Shown: one piece after another, positions 52,568 through 64,000 of the stretch
Position numbering within the stretch: the stretch's first letter is position 1
Layout of the letters: every line of letters begins with the position of its first letter
DNA from: Batkoa obscura
Lineage: Eukaryota
Direction of reading: 5' to 3'
DNA length: 64,000 nucleotides
Assembly: GCA_030770535.1 (NCBI GenBank)
Contig: JASVEC010000024.1
Location: 496,001 to 560,000, forward strand
Translations under genes and position numbers: made by a program
Notes under the pieces: model-generated
Seen by the model: the letters and a program-made list of their open reading frames with translations, nothing else
What the model was told of the DNA's origin: nothing
Database searches by the model: none

Positions 52568-55256
52568 ATGAGTATCGATAATAAGGATCAGATTATACAA
52601 TTATTACAAGAGATTAAAAAGGAATTTTTATTAACATTCAAACGAGAAGATGTAGTAGATTTTGTATTTAAAAATACTGAACAAATGATTAGAAATAGTG
52701 AATTGGAAGGACTTGGCTTATTTGGTTTAGGTAAATAAATTTTGTTTAGTTAATGTATCATAGCTTATGATCAAACCTTCAAATTTAAAACATATATAGA
52801 TAATCATCCATTTGGTTCAAATAGTAATAAGAATGATGCTATTACAATAATGAGTAAAATGGCTATATTAAAAGAATATTTAAATAAATATTTGAGTTTA
52901 TTATTGTCAATATCAAATAATCCAGCTAGTTTTAATGAGTTTCAAATCTTAGTAAGCACCGTAGATATTAATAAGTTAGATGATAGTATTGAAGTAAGTA
53001 TTAATAAATAATAAATATTTTATAATATTTATTATAAATAGAATGAATCAATACCTTTAAAATGGAAAAACAAATTATCGGAAAGTTTGAATTTTATAAA
53101 AAACCGACTTGGATATAATATGAGTATAAAGGATATTAATCAAGATTATTACAAAAGTATATTTAAATTTATATCTAAACAATTAAAGTAAATTATTATT
53201 TATTTATTTATTTAATATTTCAATTGAAATATATGTTTAATTAATCTTGTTTTTATAGATTAGAATTTTTTTATGATACAACAGATGATCACAATTTATA
53301 TACTTTTAGTGAACATCAATTTGTTTTAGATGTAAAATAGAATTTATCATTATTTAGTTAATTGTTATAATTAATTATTATTAGATTAAATTTACAAAAG
53401 TAGGTGTTAGCGTAGATATCATTGATCATCCCAATCAAGAGTTAAAAAAGGATGTTGTAAGTTTAAAACTATTTAATTTGTAATTAAACTAATTTAATTT
53501 TTATAGATTGAAAATGTATTACTTAAAAATATAAAGTAAAAATAGATTTAACAATTTTGTACTATTTATTAATTAATCTATTTTCAATATAGAATAAATG
53601 ATATGGAGCAATTTCGAAATAATTTAGAATTTATAACTAAATTGAATTCAAAATATTTAAAAAATCAAAATATTAATTTATTTCATTTGATTGATGTAAT
53701 GAATAAAGATATTGATTTTTTATTTAACAATGAGAAGTAATTTGAATAGTAATAATGGTAACAATAATAATATATTATCTATTAGTGACGGTAATTGTAA
53801 TCGATTATTTGATTTTGGCCATGGAATTCCATTAAAATTTCATAATGTTATTGGTCCAACTATAATATTTTGGACTAACTCAATTAATATCAACAAAACA
53901 GAAGATGTAATTGAACTATTTAAAAAAGGTAAATATATTGTAATAAAATAAACACAAGATAACATTAAAATGTTTTGTTTTGTTTTGTTTTTAGGAGACA
54001 AAGATATTAATAAACAATTTATTATGGGAGATTTAAATATAGAAGAATCAGGAATGCATAGTTTAGTATTACCAAATACAATATTAAAATATATTTACTT
54101 AGAAGAAGAAAACATTCAATTAAATGAAGGCAATCAAAATATCTTTAATATAATGCCACATACTTATCCATTAATAAACCAACCAATTAAAATGCTATAT
54201 TTTGATCCAAATAATACTGAGTTAGCTCATCAACTATCAATACCATTAAAATGGTATTTTAATTTAAAACAGCCAATTCTTATTTGTCAACAATTAATCA
54301 TTAAGATTTCAATTATTGTTGGACAATTATTGAGTAAGTTTATTATTATTATTATTATGTTGATTTATATTCTTTTAGCAAATGAATTTCTATTCTTATT
54401 TGATCCTCAACCTATCCCCGATCTTTGTGAAGTATTAGTAAGCGAGTCTACTGAATCAATTTAAATAATACTTAAAACAATATTTAGATAAATGAGTCAA
54501 TTCAAAAACAATTTATTGAACCATTCAATGTTAATAATAATATCGATATTAATAATAGTCCATGGATAGCAGTAAGTATTGAATTATATTACATTATATA
54601 TTATATATTATATATTATATATTATATTTATATAAATATTATTTTGAATAGAAATTAAATAGTCATACTAAATTACAAAGATATGGGTTAATGAGCGAAC
54701 ATAATATTTGTTATAATTTACTAAAGGTACCAATTAATCATCCAACTCAATTATTGCCTGTATTCAATGTAAGATATTATTAATACAATAATAATAAACC
54801 AACTTATTTTGTAATTATTAGGTAATTCGACATCAATTAAGATTTAACACATTAATACAATCTTGTTTTAATGAAAAAACATATCAACCAGAACTAGACT
54901 CGTTTGATTATGAAATTGAAAAAAGTAAGATTGATTATTATAATAACGATATATATACAAACATATTTAATATTGGTATTTAATATTACTTTATTTTAGA
55001 ATATGTAATAAGAATTTGGTTACTAATAGAAGAAGTGCCAAATAAGATAACTGTTGTATTTCAGTTACCTGATTCGTTAATAACATTGAAATTTAATATC
55101 TTTAATAATGAATCTTATCCATTTATAAATTTAAAATGGATTGAAGATACTAATTTTAATTACCCTAATTTAATACAAAATAATCTTATTTTAGAAAATT
55201 CATTAAATATTCCATTACTTTGTGCAAGTATTTTTCATTTGATTGGAATTAATTAA
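52568..55256 (+). CDS. MED1: Mediator complex subunit 1, multi-exon
   Basis: Spliced exons give FVLD, FRNNLEFITKLN, GHGIP...IGPTIIFW and VPINHPTQLLPVFNVIRHQLRFNTLIQSCF (Med1 C-terminal signature). Confidence 0.7.
54592..54627. repeat. (TTATATA)n microsatellite in a MED1 intron
   Basis: About 5 copies of the 7-mer. Confidence 0.8.
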
Positions 55257-55847
55257 TGCAAAAGGATAAAACAAAGTAATAAATAGGCGTTACTGAGAAT
55301 TCAAATATAACGTAAGTTTTTTTAAATATCAAAAGTAAAAACAGTATGATGACTTTAAATAAATTGAATAAAATTAGAAAATAAAGTAAAATACATTTGA
55401 CTATTTTATTCATAGTTTTAATATTAACATCCTATAATAAGGTAATTTCCTCATATTATTATGTTAAAAATAAATATTTTATATATTGTTTATTTTAAAT
55501 TTATTTAAACTGTGTTTTTTAAAAAATAAAGGAAAGATTAAAAAACTATTAAATTTTTTTTTGCAATTACTTTAAACTAAGCAATTCATTTTAATTATAA
55601 AACTTAAAGTTAAAAGTTATTACAAAATTAAAATTGTCACTTTGATTTTATTTTCAACTATAACTAATCATCTCCTGCTTTGAGTATTATCACCTATAAG
55701 ATAGTAAATAATGAATAATTATTTCATGTAGCTCATATCAAAATATGGTAAATATCAAACAATAAAAGTAAAACTCATTAGATTTCATTGTATTTTTAAA
55801 TTTAAAGCAACGTTTGATATTCTTTGTATTTTCTAGCTTATAATTAC

Positions 55848-57164
55848 TTAACTTTCCTCATTATTTGCCCCTTTTAATTTCTTTTTTTCATTTGATAAAA
55901 TAGTGGTTGCTTTACGAGCTATAATACCTAATAACTTAGATGCTTGTTTTTGAGAATAAGAGTATTTTTCAACTAATTCTTGTAATCCATTTTTAATTTC
56001 ATTATTCATTCTATTACAAGCTTCGTCGATAAAATTATTCAATTCATTTTCTTCTACACTTATATTTCCTGCACTTGCATCAATATTTAATTTCTTTTTC
56101 TCTCGATAAATAATTTTCATTGCTGTATTATACTTAAGTGACATCATTGATGCCGCTTCTTTCATTGGCTTTCCTTGATTAACCACCAACTCCCATAACT
56201 GCTTTTTGCTATCATTACTAATTTTATCTGCTGGTTTGGTAGCAACATTATTACGTTTACCATCCCCCACATTGTTTCCCTCCACTCCAACTGTAGCTTC
56301 TTCAATTTTCTTTCTTTCTTTAGCAATGATTTTTTTTGCACTTCCATAGCCAATACACAACTGTTCGCTGGCTTCTTTAATAGTTTTTCCTTGATTAATA
56401 ACTAACTCATATAAATCCTTTTTGGCATCTTCACCTATTGTATCAACTGATTTATTGATAAAATTAACTAAATGATCATTTCCTTCAGTATTTACTTCAC
56501 CAGCAGCTACAGCTTGTCTTAGCCTTTTTCTTTCTCTATAAACAATGGTTTCTGCAGTACGAAAATTAACTGACAGTTGTTCTACTGCTTCTTTTATAGA
56601 TTTTCCCTGATCAATAACCAACTCCAATAATTTAATTTTATACTCTTTGGGTTTTTTAACATAAAGTTGGATGCCATTTTCATTTGAATTACCATTAGTT
56701 TTTCCATTGATTTCTCCAATATTTAAACTTTCCTTTATTTTTTTTCTTTCATTATAGATAATCCGTTTGACACTTTCCTTATTAATTGCCAAGTTTTCTG
56801 CTGCTTCTTTCATAGGTTTTCCCTGATTGATTGTTAACTCCCATAATTTTTTTTTGATATCATCACTTATATTATTACGTTTTCTATTAATATAATTTTT
56901 TAGTTTATCGTCTTTTTCTACATTGATTTCTCCAGCATTGGCAGCATCTTTGATTCGTTTTCTTTCTTTAGCAATAATCTTTAAAGCACTACCATAGTTA
57001 ATAGATAACTCTTCAGATGCTTCTTTTATTGGCTTTCCTTCATTGACTATTAAATTCCACAAATTCTTTTTCTCTTCTTTAGTAATTGTTTTACGAGTTT
57101 GACTCAATTGCTTACTACTGTATTTTGACTTCTTTTTACTTTGTTCACCTGTTTCTTTATCCAT
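55848..57164 (-). CDS. Protein of six tandem 72-aa homeodomain-like HTH modules
   Basis: 438-aa intronless ORF; repeat I.....K..LwELv.nQGK.iKEA.e.L.I.y.sA.kIi..ERK starting near aa 27, 99, 171, 243, 315 and 386. Confidence 0.8.
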   Translation of the reverse strand: MDKETGEQSKKKSKYSSKQLSQTRKTITKEEKKNLWNLIVNEGKPIKEASEELSINYGSALKIIAKERKRIKDAANAGEINVEKDDKLKNYINRKRNNISDDIKKKLWELTINQGKPMKEAAENLAINKESVKRIIYNERKKIKESLNIGEINGKTNGNSNENGIQLYVKKPKEYKIKLLELVIDQGKSIKEAVEQLSVNFRTAETIVYRERKRLRQAVAAGEVNTEGNDHLVNFINKSVDTIGEDAKKDLYELVINQGKTIKEASEQLCIGYGSAKKIIAKERKKIEEATVGVEGNNVGDGKRNNVATKPADKISNDSKKQLWELVVNQGKPMKEAASMMSLKYNTAMKIIYREKKKLNIDASAGNISVEENELNNFIDEACNRMNNEIKNGLQELVEKYSYSQKQASKLLGIIARKATTILSNEKKKLKGANNEES

Positions 57165-57947
57165 TGGAATCTAAAAAATGGTAATTAAAACTAAATAAAG
57201 AGAATCGTTTTTAAATTAGGCATTAATGTATCAATTGTATCGCCTAAAACAATTCATTAACTGAAGCGTTGAAGTTTAATGTAACTTGTTATGAATCTAG
57301 AAAATGTAATCAATCATCTTAATATTACCTTATTTTTTTTATATTTTGATATGGAACCTGTCCAAGTTGGGTAAATTTTATCTTATTAAATGATGGTCAA
57401 ATACTTCAATTTTACTATACTTTAAAAATAGAAATCCCCATTTTAAGGCACATTTATAATAACAAAATTTTCAATCAACTAATCAAAAGGTTATGTTTTT
57501 TCTGCCAATTCAGTCAACAGTTTGCTCAATATTTAAGCTTAAAATAATATTTAACATTTTAATTATGTAAAATATTTATTAATAATATAATTTAAAATTT
57601 AAAGCAGGGGGTGTTAAAGATTTTACGAAAGCGTTTTATGTTTTAGTACTTCATTCACTTTTTATATAATACAATATTTAAAATTTATTTTTATTGAAAG
57701 TTAAGTAAAACTGTTTGTGATAAAATTTCACAAATTTGATTTTTGCACTTTATTTTCACAACCATATGTAATCCCCTGCTGTTTTAAAAGTAAATAATTT
57801 ATACAGCAATAAGTAATAAATAATATTTCTAATGAACATATAATAATTATCTGCCATTAATGATAGTATCTTTCAAGTTTCATTATTTTTTTAAACTTCC
57901 AACAGCCTTTGGCGTCCTTTATTTTATCGATCTCTGAGCAATTAATT

Positions 57948-59236
57948 TCACTTATTTTCATTTTCACTTATTTTCTTTCTTGCATTTATTACACCCACTT
58001 TTGCTTTATGATATGTAATCCTTAATAAATCCGATGTTTGTTCAAAAAAATAAAAATATTTTTCTAAAAACTCATGCAATTCTCTTTTAATTTCATCGGT
58101 TGTTTTATTATAGGTTTCACTGATAAAGCTATTTAAACTATCTTCTTTCCTTTGTTTTTTTTCATTCATTCATAAATTTTAATCTTTCTTTTTCTCTATG
58201 AATAATTTCTGTCACTGGGTTGTATTCAACAAATAATTGCTTAGCTACTTCTTTCATTGGTTTTCCTCAATTAACCAATAACTCCCATAGTTGTTTCTTG
58301 GTATCGCTACTTATACCTGATGATTTAGTAACAGTATTGTTACATTTCCTATTTTCTCCACTATTTTCCACTATCCTATTTGTAGCTCCATCTCTTTTCT
58401 TTCTTTCTTTCTTTAGCAATAGCTTCCTTTGCAGCTCGATAACCAATAGAAAACTGTTCGCTAGCTTTTTTGATCGACATTCCTTGATTTATAACTATAT
58501 CCCATAAATCCATTTTGGTATCTTCGCTTATTACACTATATGGTAATTTGATAAAATTAGCTAAGTCATCATTGTTGTTGCTACTTATTCCTTTATTGGC
58601 TACAGTCTCTCTTATTATTTTCGTTTCCCTACAAGCGATTGCTTTTGGAGAATGAAAGTTAAGAGACAATAGTTCTACTGCTTTCTTTGGGGATTTCTTA
58701 TGCTTAGTAATTATGTTTAACGAATCTTCTTTATACTCTGAAGACTTTTTGCCACAAAAACTGTGCAGGAATACTTTTAGTTTACCATTACCCTTCACAT
58801 TCGCTTCTCGGTAATTTAAGTTGTCTTCTGATCGTTTTTCCCTTTCATACGAAATTATGCTCGCACTACTAGAGCTAATCCCTAACTGATGGATCGATTC
58901 TTTTGAAGATGCCTCTTACTTGGCTATTAACTCCCACATATCTTTCTCATTTCCATCACTTGCTTTATATTTTAGTAACGACATCTTTCGATTTGTCATC
59001 TTCCATTCTTCCTTCTGTAAATGCTTACTCATATAATCTCCTTTTTTCTCGAAAAACAATTGATGACATAGCATTATAGTTTATACACAATTCTTCTGTT
59101 ACCTTTTTTATAATCTTTCCCTGATTAATTACTGACTCTCATAATATCGCTTTGATCTCGTTGCTTACAGCCTCATTGTTTATTTTATTAAAAACTTGGT
59201 CAATATTATGTCGTAGTTACTCATTCCCTTGATCAT
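57948..59236 (-). pseudogene. Tandem-HTH repeat protein pseudogene
   Basis: ORF fragments 58376-58798 (ISEDTKMDLWDIVINQGMSIKKASEQFSIGYRAAK) and 57948-58169, collinear with 55848-57164; frameshifts and stops. Confidence 0.85.
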
Positions 59237-59974
59237 TCTACTCTCTATCTATACTAAAGCTAAAAATTTGAATGTTAAAAAAGTAAGACAGTTTTAGATA
59301 AAGTTTTAATTGTACTAATTTTGGTACTTGAACGGAATAATTAATTGGAGTGTTGATTTAATCAAATAGAATTACCAAAGGATATATATAGATTTTAGAA
59401 TTATAGCTCATCTCTTATCTGATACTCTAATAACGATCTTTTCCAGTAATTTTGAATTTATCTTATTAAATTCGATTATTTCGATATTACATTTAAAAAA
59501 TACAATTTACTTTTCAAAGCAATAAGTTTATAATGATGATCTCTATTAGTTAATTAAAAGAGTGTTTTTTCTATTTCAGTTTAAGTATTTGATCAATTTT
59601 GAGTTTAAAAATTAAAATAATTAAAAAATTATCCTATTAGATTCAGAGTGATATGAACTTTTACTATTATAGCAAATTATGATCAAAAGCATGCTTCTTG
59701 ATTCAGTGTTTATATAATAAAGTAAATCATACCATTATTGTATATCTGATTCGCTTAATATACTTCTTCAAATTAGCTAGTACTCGTAGTTTTTATTTTT
59801 TATTTATTTTTTAAACCATTTATTTTTTATTTAATCACTAGATTAAAAGAACTAATAAACAACCCACAATAAATCCAATATTAATCCAAAATTCAAATTT
59901 ACAAAAAATGTCTAAAAAAATAAACCTCAAGCCATTAAATCCCTTGTTTTAATAAAACTCAACGAGTCCCAATA

Positions 59975-61622
59975 ATGGCCGAATATGATTTAACCGCGAA
60001 GATGGTACCTTATTTGGACCGTCATCTTACCTTTCCATTATTAGAATTTTTATCGATCAATGAGGTAGCTTTGGTTATTTGAAGATATACAATAAATTTA
60101 ACATATAAACTTAGATCTATAACTCTACTGATGTCACAAAAGCCAAGTACGATTTACTTTCCAAAACAAATATGGTGGATTTTACTGCCAAACTTTATAA
60201 GGAATTGAACAGTACTGAAGAGGTTCCAGAAGGTAGTTTAAAAAGCAAGAGTATTATCAACATGGTATTAACAAGAATTTAGAGTTTATTGTCAAACGTG
60301 AGAAAGTGTTAAGTAACTTAGAGGAATTAAATAAGCAAGCTCAAAAAGTTATGGATGTTATTGAAAACCCAGAAGTTATTTCGGCCTTACGTCAGGACAA
60401 AGAGTTTAACTTGAAGTTTTTAAATGAGAATCATGATGTAAGTTGATTATAAAATATAATAGACAATAGAAGGTAGTTTTACGATGAATTAAAATACTCA
60501 TTTTTTTATTTAAGTTTGATGCAAAATCAATTGAAACTTTATATAAGTTTGGACAGTTTCAGTTTAGCTGTGGTAACTATGGTGGTTGTTCTGAAATGCT
60601 TTATCACTTTCAAGTTTTGGTAATTTTATAAATGAATCGTTTTGATAAGCTTTACTTAATTTTTATAGTCCGTAGATGATAACTTATTATTATCTTCTCT
60701 TTGGGGTAGATTAGCTTCTGAGATTCTTACTGGAAACTGGGATAATGCTTTTACAGAGTTACAAAAAGTGAAAGATTCTATTGAAACAAACGTAATATTA
60801 TAATTTAATATGAAAAACAGGGTACTTATATTTATATAGAGAGATACTTCTTCCATTCATCAACTTCATCAAAGAACTTTCCTCATCCATTGGTCCTTAT
60901 TTGTATTCTTTAATCATCAAAAGGGTAAAGAATATTTGTTAGATTTATTTTTCCAACCTCAATATATCAACACTATACAAACTTCATGTCCATGGATTTT
61001 ACGTTATATATCTGCAGCTGCTATTATCAACCGTCGTCGTAAGAATGTTATCAAAGATTTGATTAAAATAGTACAACAAGAAGCACATGCTTACAATGAC
61101 CCTATCACTCAGTTTACAGAAGCACTTTATGTAAGATTTGACTTTGATGAAGCTCAATCTAAACTTAAAGAATGCGAAAATCTTTTTGCCAATGATTTCT
61201 TTTTAGTTTCTTCACTTGATGAGTTCCTTGAAAACGCTCGTACCTTAATCTTAGAAGCTTATTGTCGTATTAATCAACGTATCAACATTACACAGCTTGC
61301 TAAATTACTCAATTTATCACCTGAAGAAGGCGAAAAATGGATTGTCAACCTTATCCGCGATGCTAGAGTTGACGCTAAGATTGATTTTAATGATAATTCA
61401 GTAGTGATGAACCCTATCAATACATCAATCTATCGTCAAATGATTGAAAAGACTAGGGACGCTGTTTTCCAAACTCAAATTATAGCGAATGGCATCGAGA
61501 AGAGAGACAATGCTATTGCTGATGTTAATAAGGATCAATCAAAAGCTAAGAACAACTCAAATCGTCGTCATAATAATAAAGAAGCTGCTGGTGCTCATCG
61601 TCAAGGACAAACCAAAGCTTAA
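59975..61622 (+). CDS. INT6: Eukaryotic translation initiation factor 3 subunit E, multi-exon
   Basis: [26 protein letters not shown] start; [28 protein letters not shown] domain [18 protein letters not shown]. Confidence 0.95.
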
Positions 61623-62020
61623 AGAAAGGATCAATGTTTAGTTTAAGCTTTAATATGTTTAGTAAAAGTTAATTTTAACCTTAGAATAAATGGGAAAAAG
61701 TTGGCTCTTAAAATAGATTAAGATATTTTTATGTTTAAAGAATGTATTAAAAATTATTTAGCGCATATATTTCATATTTTATTTAATAACATTATTTCTT
61801 AAAGCTTTATAATAAATTGAACATCAGGTAATTGTTATCTATTATTAATTTTATTGTTTATTTTAGACTTGAAATTGAAATATTATAAACTAATAGTTCA
61901 ACTTAGAATATTTAATGATAAAGAAAGCATATTATTAATACTTATTCAAAAACATTACTCCAAGATATAATTATTCAATTACTAATGATTTAAAATTTAC
62001 TCTGTACTTCTTTTTTGTGA

Positions 62021-63283
62021 TTATAAGGTATTCTTATCCAAATCTTTCAAATATAAATCCAAAGATTTCAGATCCTCCTGTGTAAAATCAGTAAACTTAG
62101 TTTTAACTACCTTCGATTTTCCAAAACGATCTGAAGTAGCGTCATATCTACATTTAGAGTCAATCTCACCCAGTGGAATTTCAAAAGAATACAAAATGGA
62201 AGCAGATGCATTCTTAAGGCTGATGGTAAGTTCAGGTATGCCAAATAATAATCTCATCTAGTTGAAAATTAGTATTAGTCTAAAAGAGGATGAAGTAGTA
62301 TTAGTTACGATAATCAAAGCTGGGGTCATAAAGATCATCACAAATAATGGAGGAAGCAAAGTGTTTGCTATATTACTTGCTATGACACCAGGTGAAGTAA
62401 CAATAGATGTAATTGGATAGTTTTTAGCTTTAAATTCTTGGTTGAAAAGTTCCGATAAGAGTTGTAGGCAGTATTTGTTGGAGCCATAGGGGTTTATACT
62501 TGATATAAAGTTCAATATTGTTATTATATAGTATTATTGTTAGTAACATACCTTTTCATCCCTTGTATGTCTTCAATATCGAAAAATTCTTTTTCTCCTT
62601 CTGAAGATCCAGTCCATATAATTCTAGCATCTTGGGATTTTTTTAAAACTTCAGTTAATTTTCTGATCTATAAATTATTATTATAGACTTCACTTATTGT
62701 ATTATGTTTTACCATAATATAGTGCCCATATACATTCGTATAAAAAGATTTTGAAATCTCTTTATTGATCATACTTATTCCATCATGGTTAATATACTTT
62801 GGTTTAACTGGAAAAGTTCGAATATCAAACAATAGCTGATGAACTATACCCCAATAAGAAATTCCATTTGCTATCAATGCACCAGCGTTTAAAAACAAAG
62901 TGTCTATTTTATCTTCACTAGACCAAATTAATTCAAGGAACTTAATTAAGCAGGTATTAAATTACCTTGAACTCAACTTTTTACAAGCACTTGAAATACT
63001 ATCCACGTCCGAAGTATCCAATTCCAAAGGAATTAAAACAACCTTCCCCTCTTCAATTGCTTTCTTTACAATTGGTGGCAAATTGAGTATTACTTCTTCA
63101 AATAAGGCTAAGACTCTGTCAGCATTTCTTGCTGTTCCATAGATCTTGATGTCTGTGAAACGGGTAAGTAAGGAAATCAAAATACCTTTGCCAACTGCTC
63201 TAAAATTAAACATCAGATATAAATTGACGTAAAGGATAATACAAATTATACCCTGTAATCCCTGTAATGACAACTGTTTTCAT
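62021..63283 (-). CDS. ERG27: 3-keto-steroid reductase (SDR), multi-exon
   Basis: MKTVVITGITG/AVGKG, LFLNAG, FYTNVYGHYIM, IIWTGS, PYGSNKY, TSPGVIASNI. Confidence 0.8.
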
Positions 63284-63888
63284 TATTATTGTTATCGCTA
63301 TTTATAAAAAAGCATTTTGATTCTTTAAAGTAAAAAGCTTGATTTAAATGATTGGATACTTGTGGACAACAAATGGTACGATCATTTTTATTGTGACCCC
63401 TTTTTATAATAATCCTAGATTAAATTTGGAAGCATAACAAATCAATTTTAATTTTTAACATTTATGGCTATAGCAATTTTAAAAATTTATATTATTTATT
63501 TATTCTTATTATATAATGCTACTATTGTCATATAAACGCTGCTTTTTACTAAGGTTTCAAATATAGTAAAGTATCATTGTTTAAAGAACATTATATAAAG
63601 CTTTATCATAAAATTCAACTAGTTGTTTGAATTATTAAATCGAATGTTTACTTAAAAATTAACATTGAGGTGATAGATACTTTTAAAAGACTTTATAGAA
63701 TAGCCTTTAGACATCCATATTAATTATTATTACATTTGTTTATATTTTACGAACATTGTGAACTTAACGTTTAGTTTGTTTAATCCATTTAATTTATTTA
63801 GCTTAAAAACTTCAGCTATATTTTAATTTATTCTAATATTATATGTATATTTTACAAATAGTATTTAGAATTGAATCTGTATTTATAT

Positions 63889-63994
63889 GGGGATGTATTT
63901 TTGTGTTTAAGAATTTTACTAACAATTTTTCTGCTTAAATAGCACTTAAGTATACAGGGGTGTTTTTTTAGCTTCATCACTTTCCATTTTTTAA
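63889..63994 (+). mobile_element. MITE copy with inverted right half
   Basis: Left half in + orientation up to TTAA at 63946; right half reverse-complemented up to TTAA at 63991. Confidence 0.8.
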
Positions 63995-64000
63995 ATAAAC

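Noticed and set aside
55848..57164. HTH-repeat ORF as the MITE's transposase
   Set aside because: No DDE/DDD catalytic domain and no MITE TIRs flank it
57603..57780. AGCAGGGG...CCCCTGCT inverted pair as a hAT-like MITE
   Set aside because: Only 8 bp, no 8-bp TSD, and the right arm is explained by homology to the 3' flank of the neighbouring HTH gene (CTCCTGCT near 55672)
2438..63994. Dispersed ~98-bp repeat as a CRISPR array, SINE or ncRNA
   Set aside because: Irregular spacing, both orientations, TIRs and TSDs, with no pol III boxes or tail; it behaves as a DNA-transposon MITE

Overview
AT-rich eukaryotic DNA with short GT-AG introns (about 40-70 nt). Gene content and style suggest an early-diverging fungus, plausibly Entomophthoromycotina (Conidiobolus-like); this is inference. 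Conserved genes: MIT-domain protein, cytochrome P450, PTS, PDCD2/TSR4, EEP-family phosphoesterase, perilipin, divergent prephenate dehydratase, TPS2, cyclophilin PPIL3, TLDc/OXR1, ornithine carbamoyltransferase, MED1, eIF3e and ERG27. Between them lie fast-turnover, mostly intronless families with pseudogenes (F-box/LRR x3, P450 x2, tandem-HTH x3, T5orf172/MUG113, an HMG-box relic). Most notable: (1) a three-member family of proteins built from 72-aa tandem helix-turn-helix modules with variable predicted recognition helices and a shared upstream block; (2) about 24 copies of a ~98-bp MITE with GGG...CCC ends and 4-bp target-site duplications (Sola-like), including a nested copy and a half-inverted copy; (3) patches of perfect identity between otherwise diverged paralogs, including a 179-bp inverted copy of MED1 exon 1 bracketing a 6.5-kb segment. 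No rRNA, tRNA or CRISPR array was recognised. Coordinates and exon joins were read by eye.
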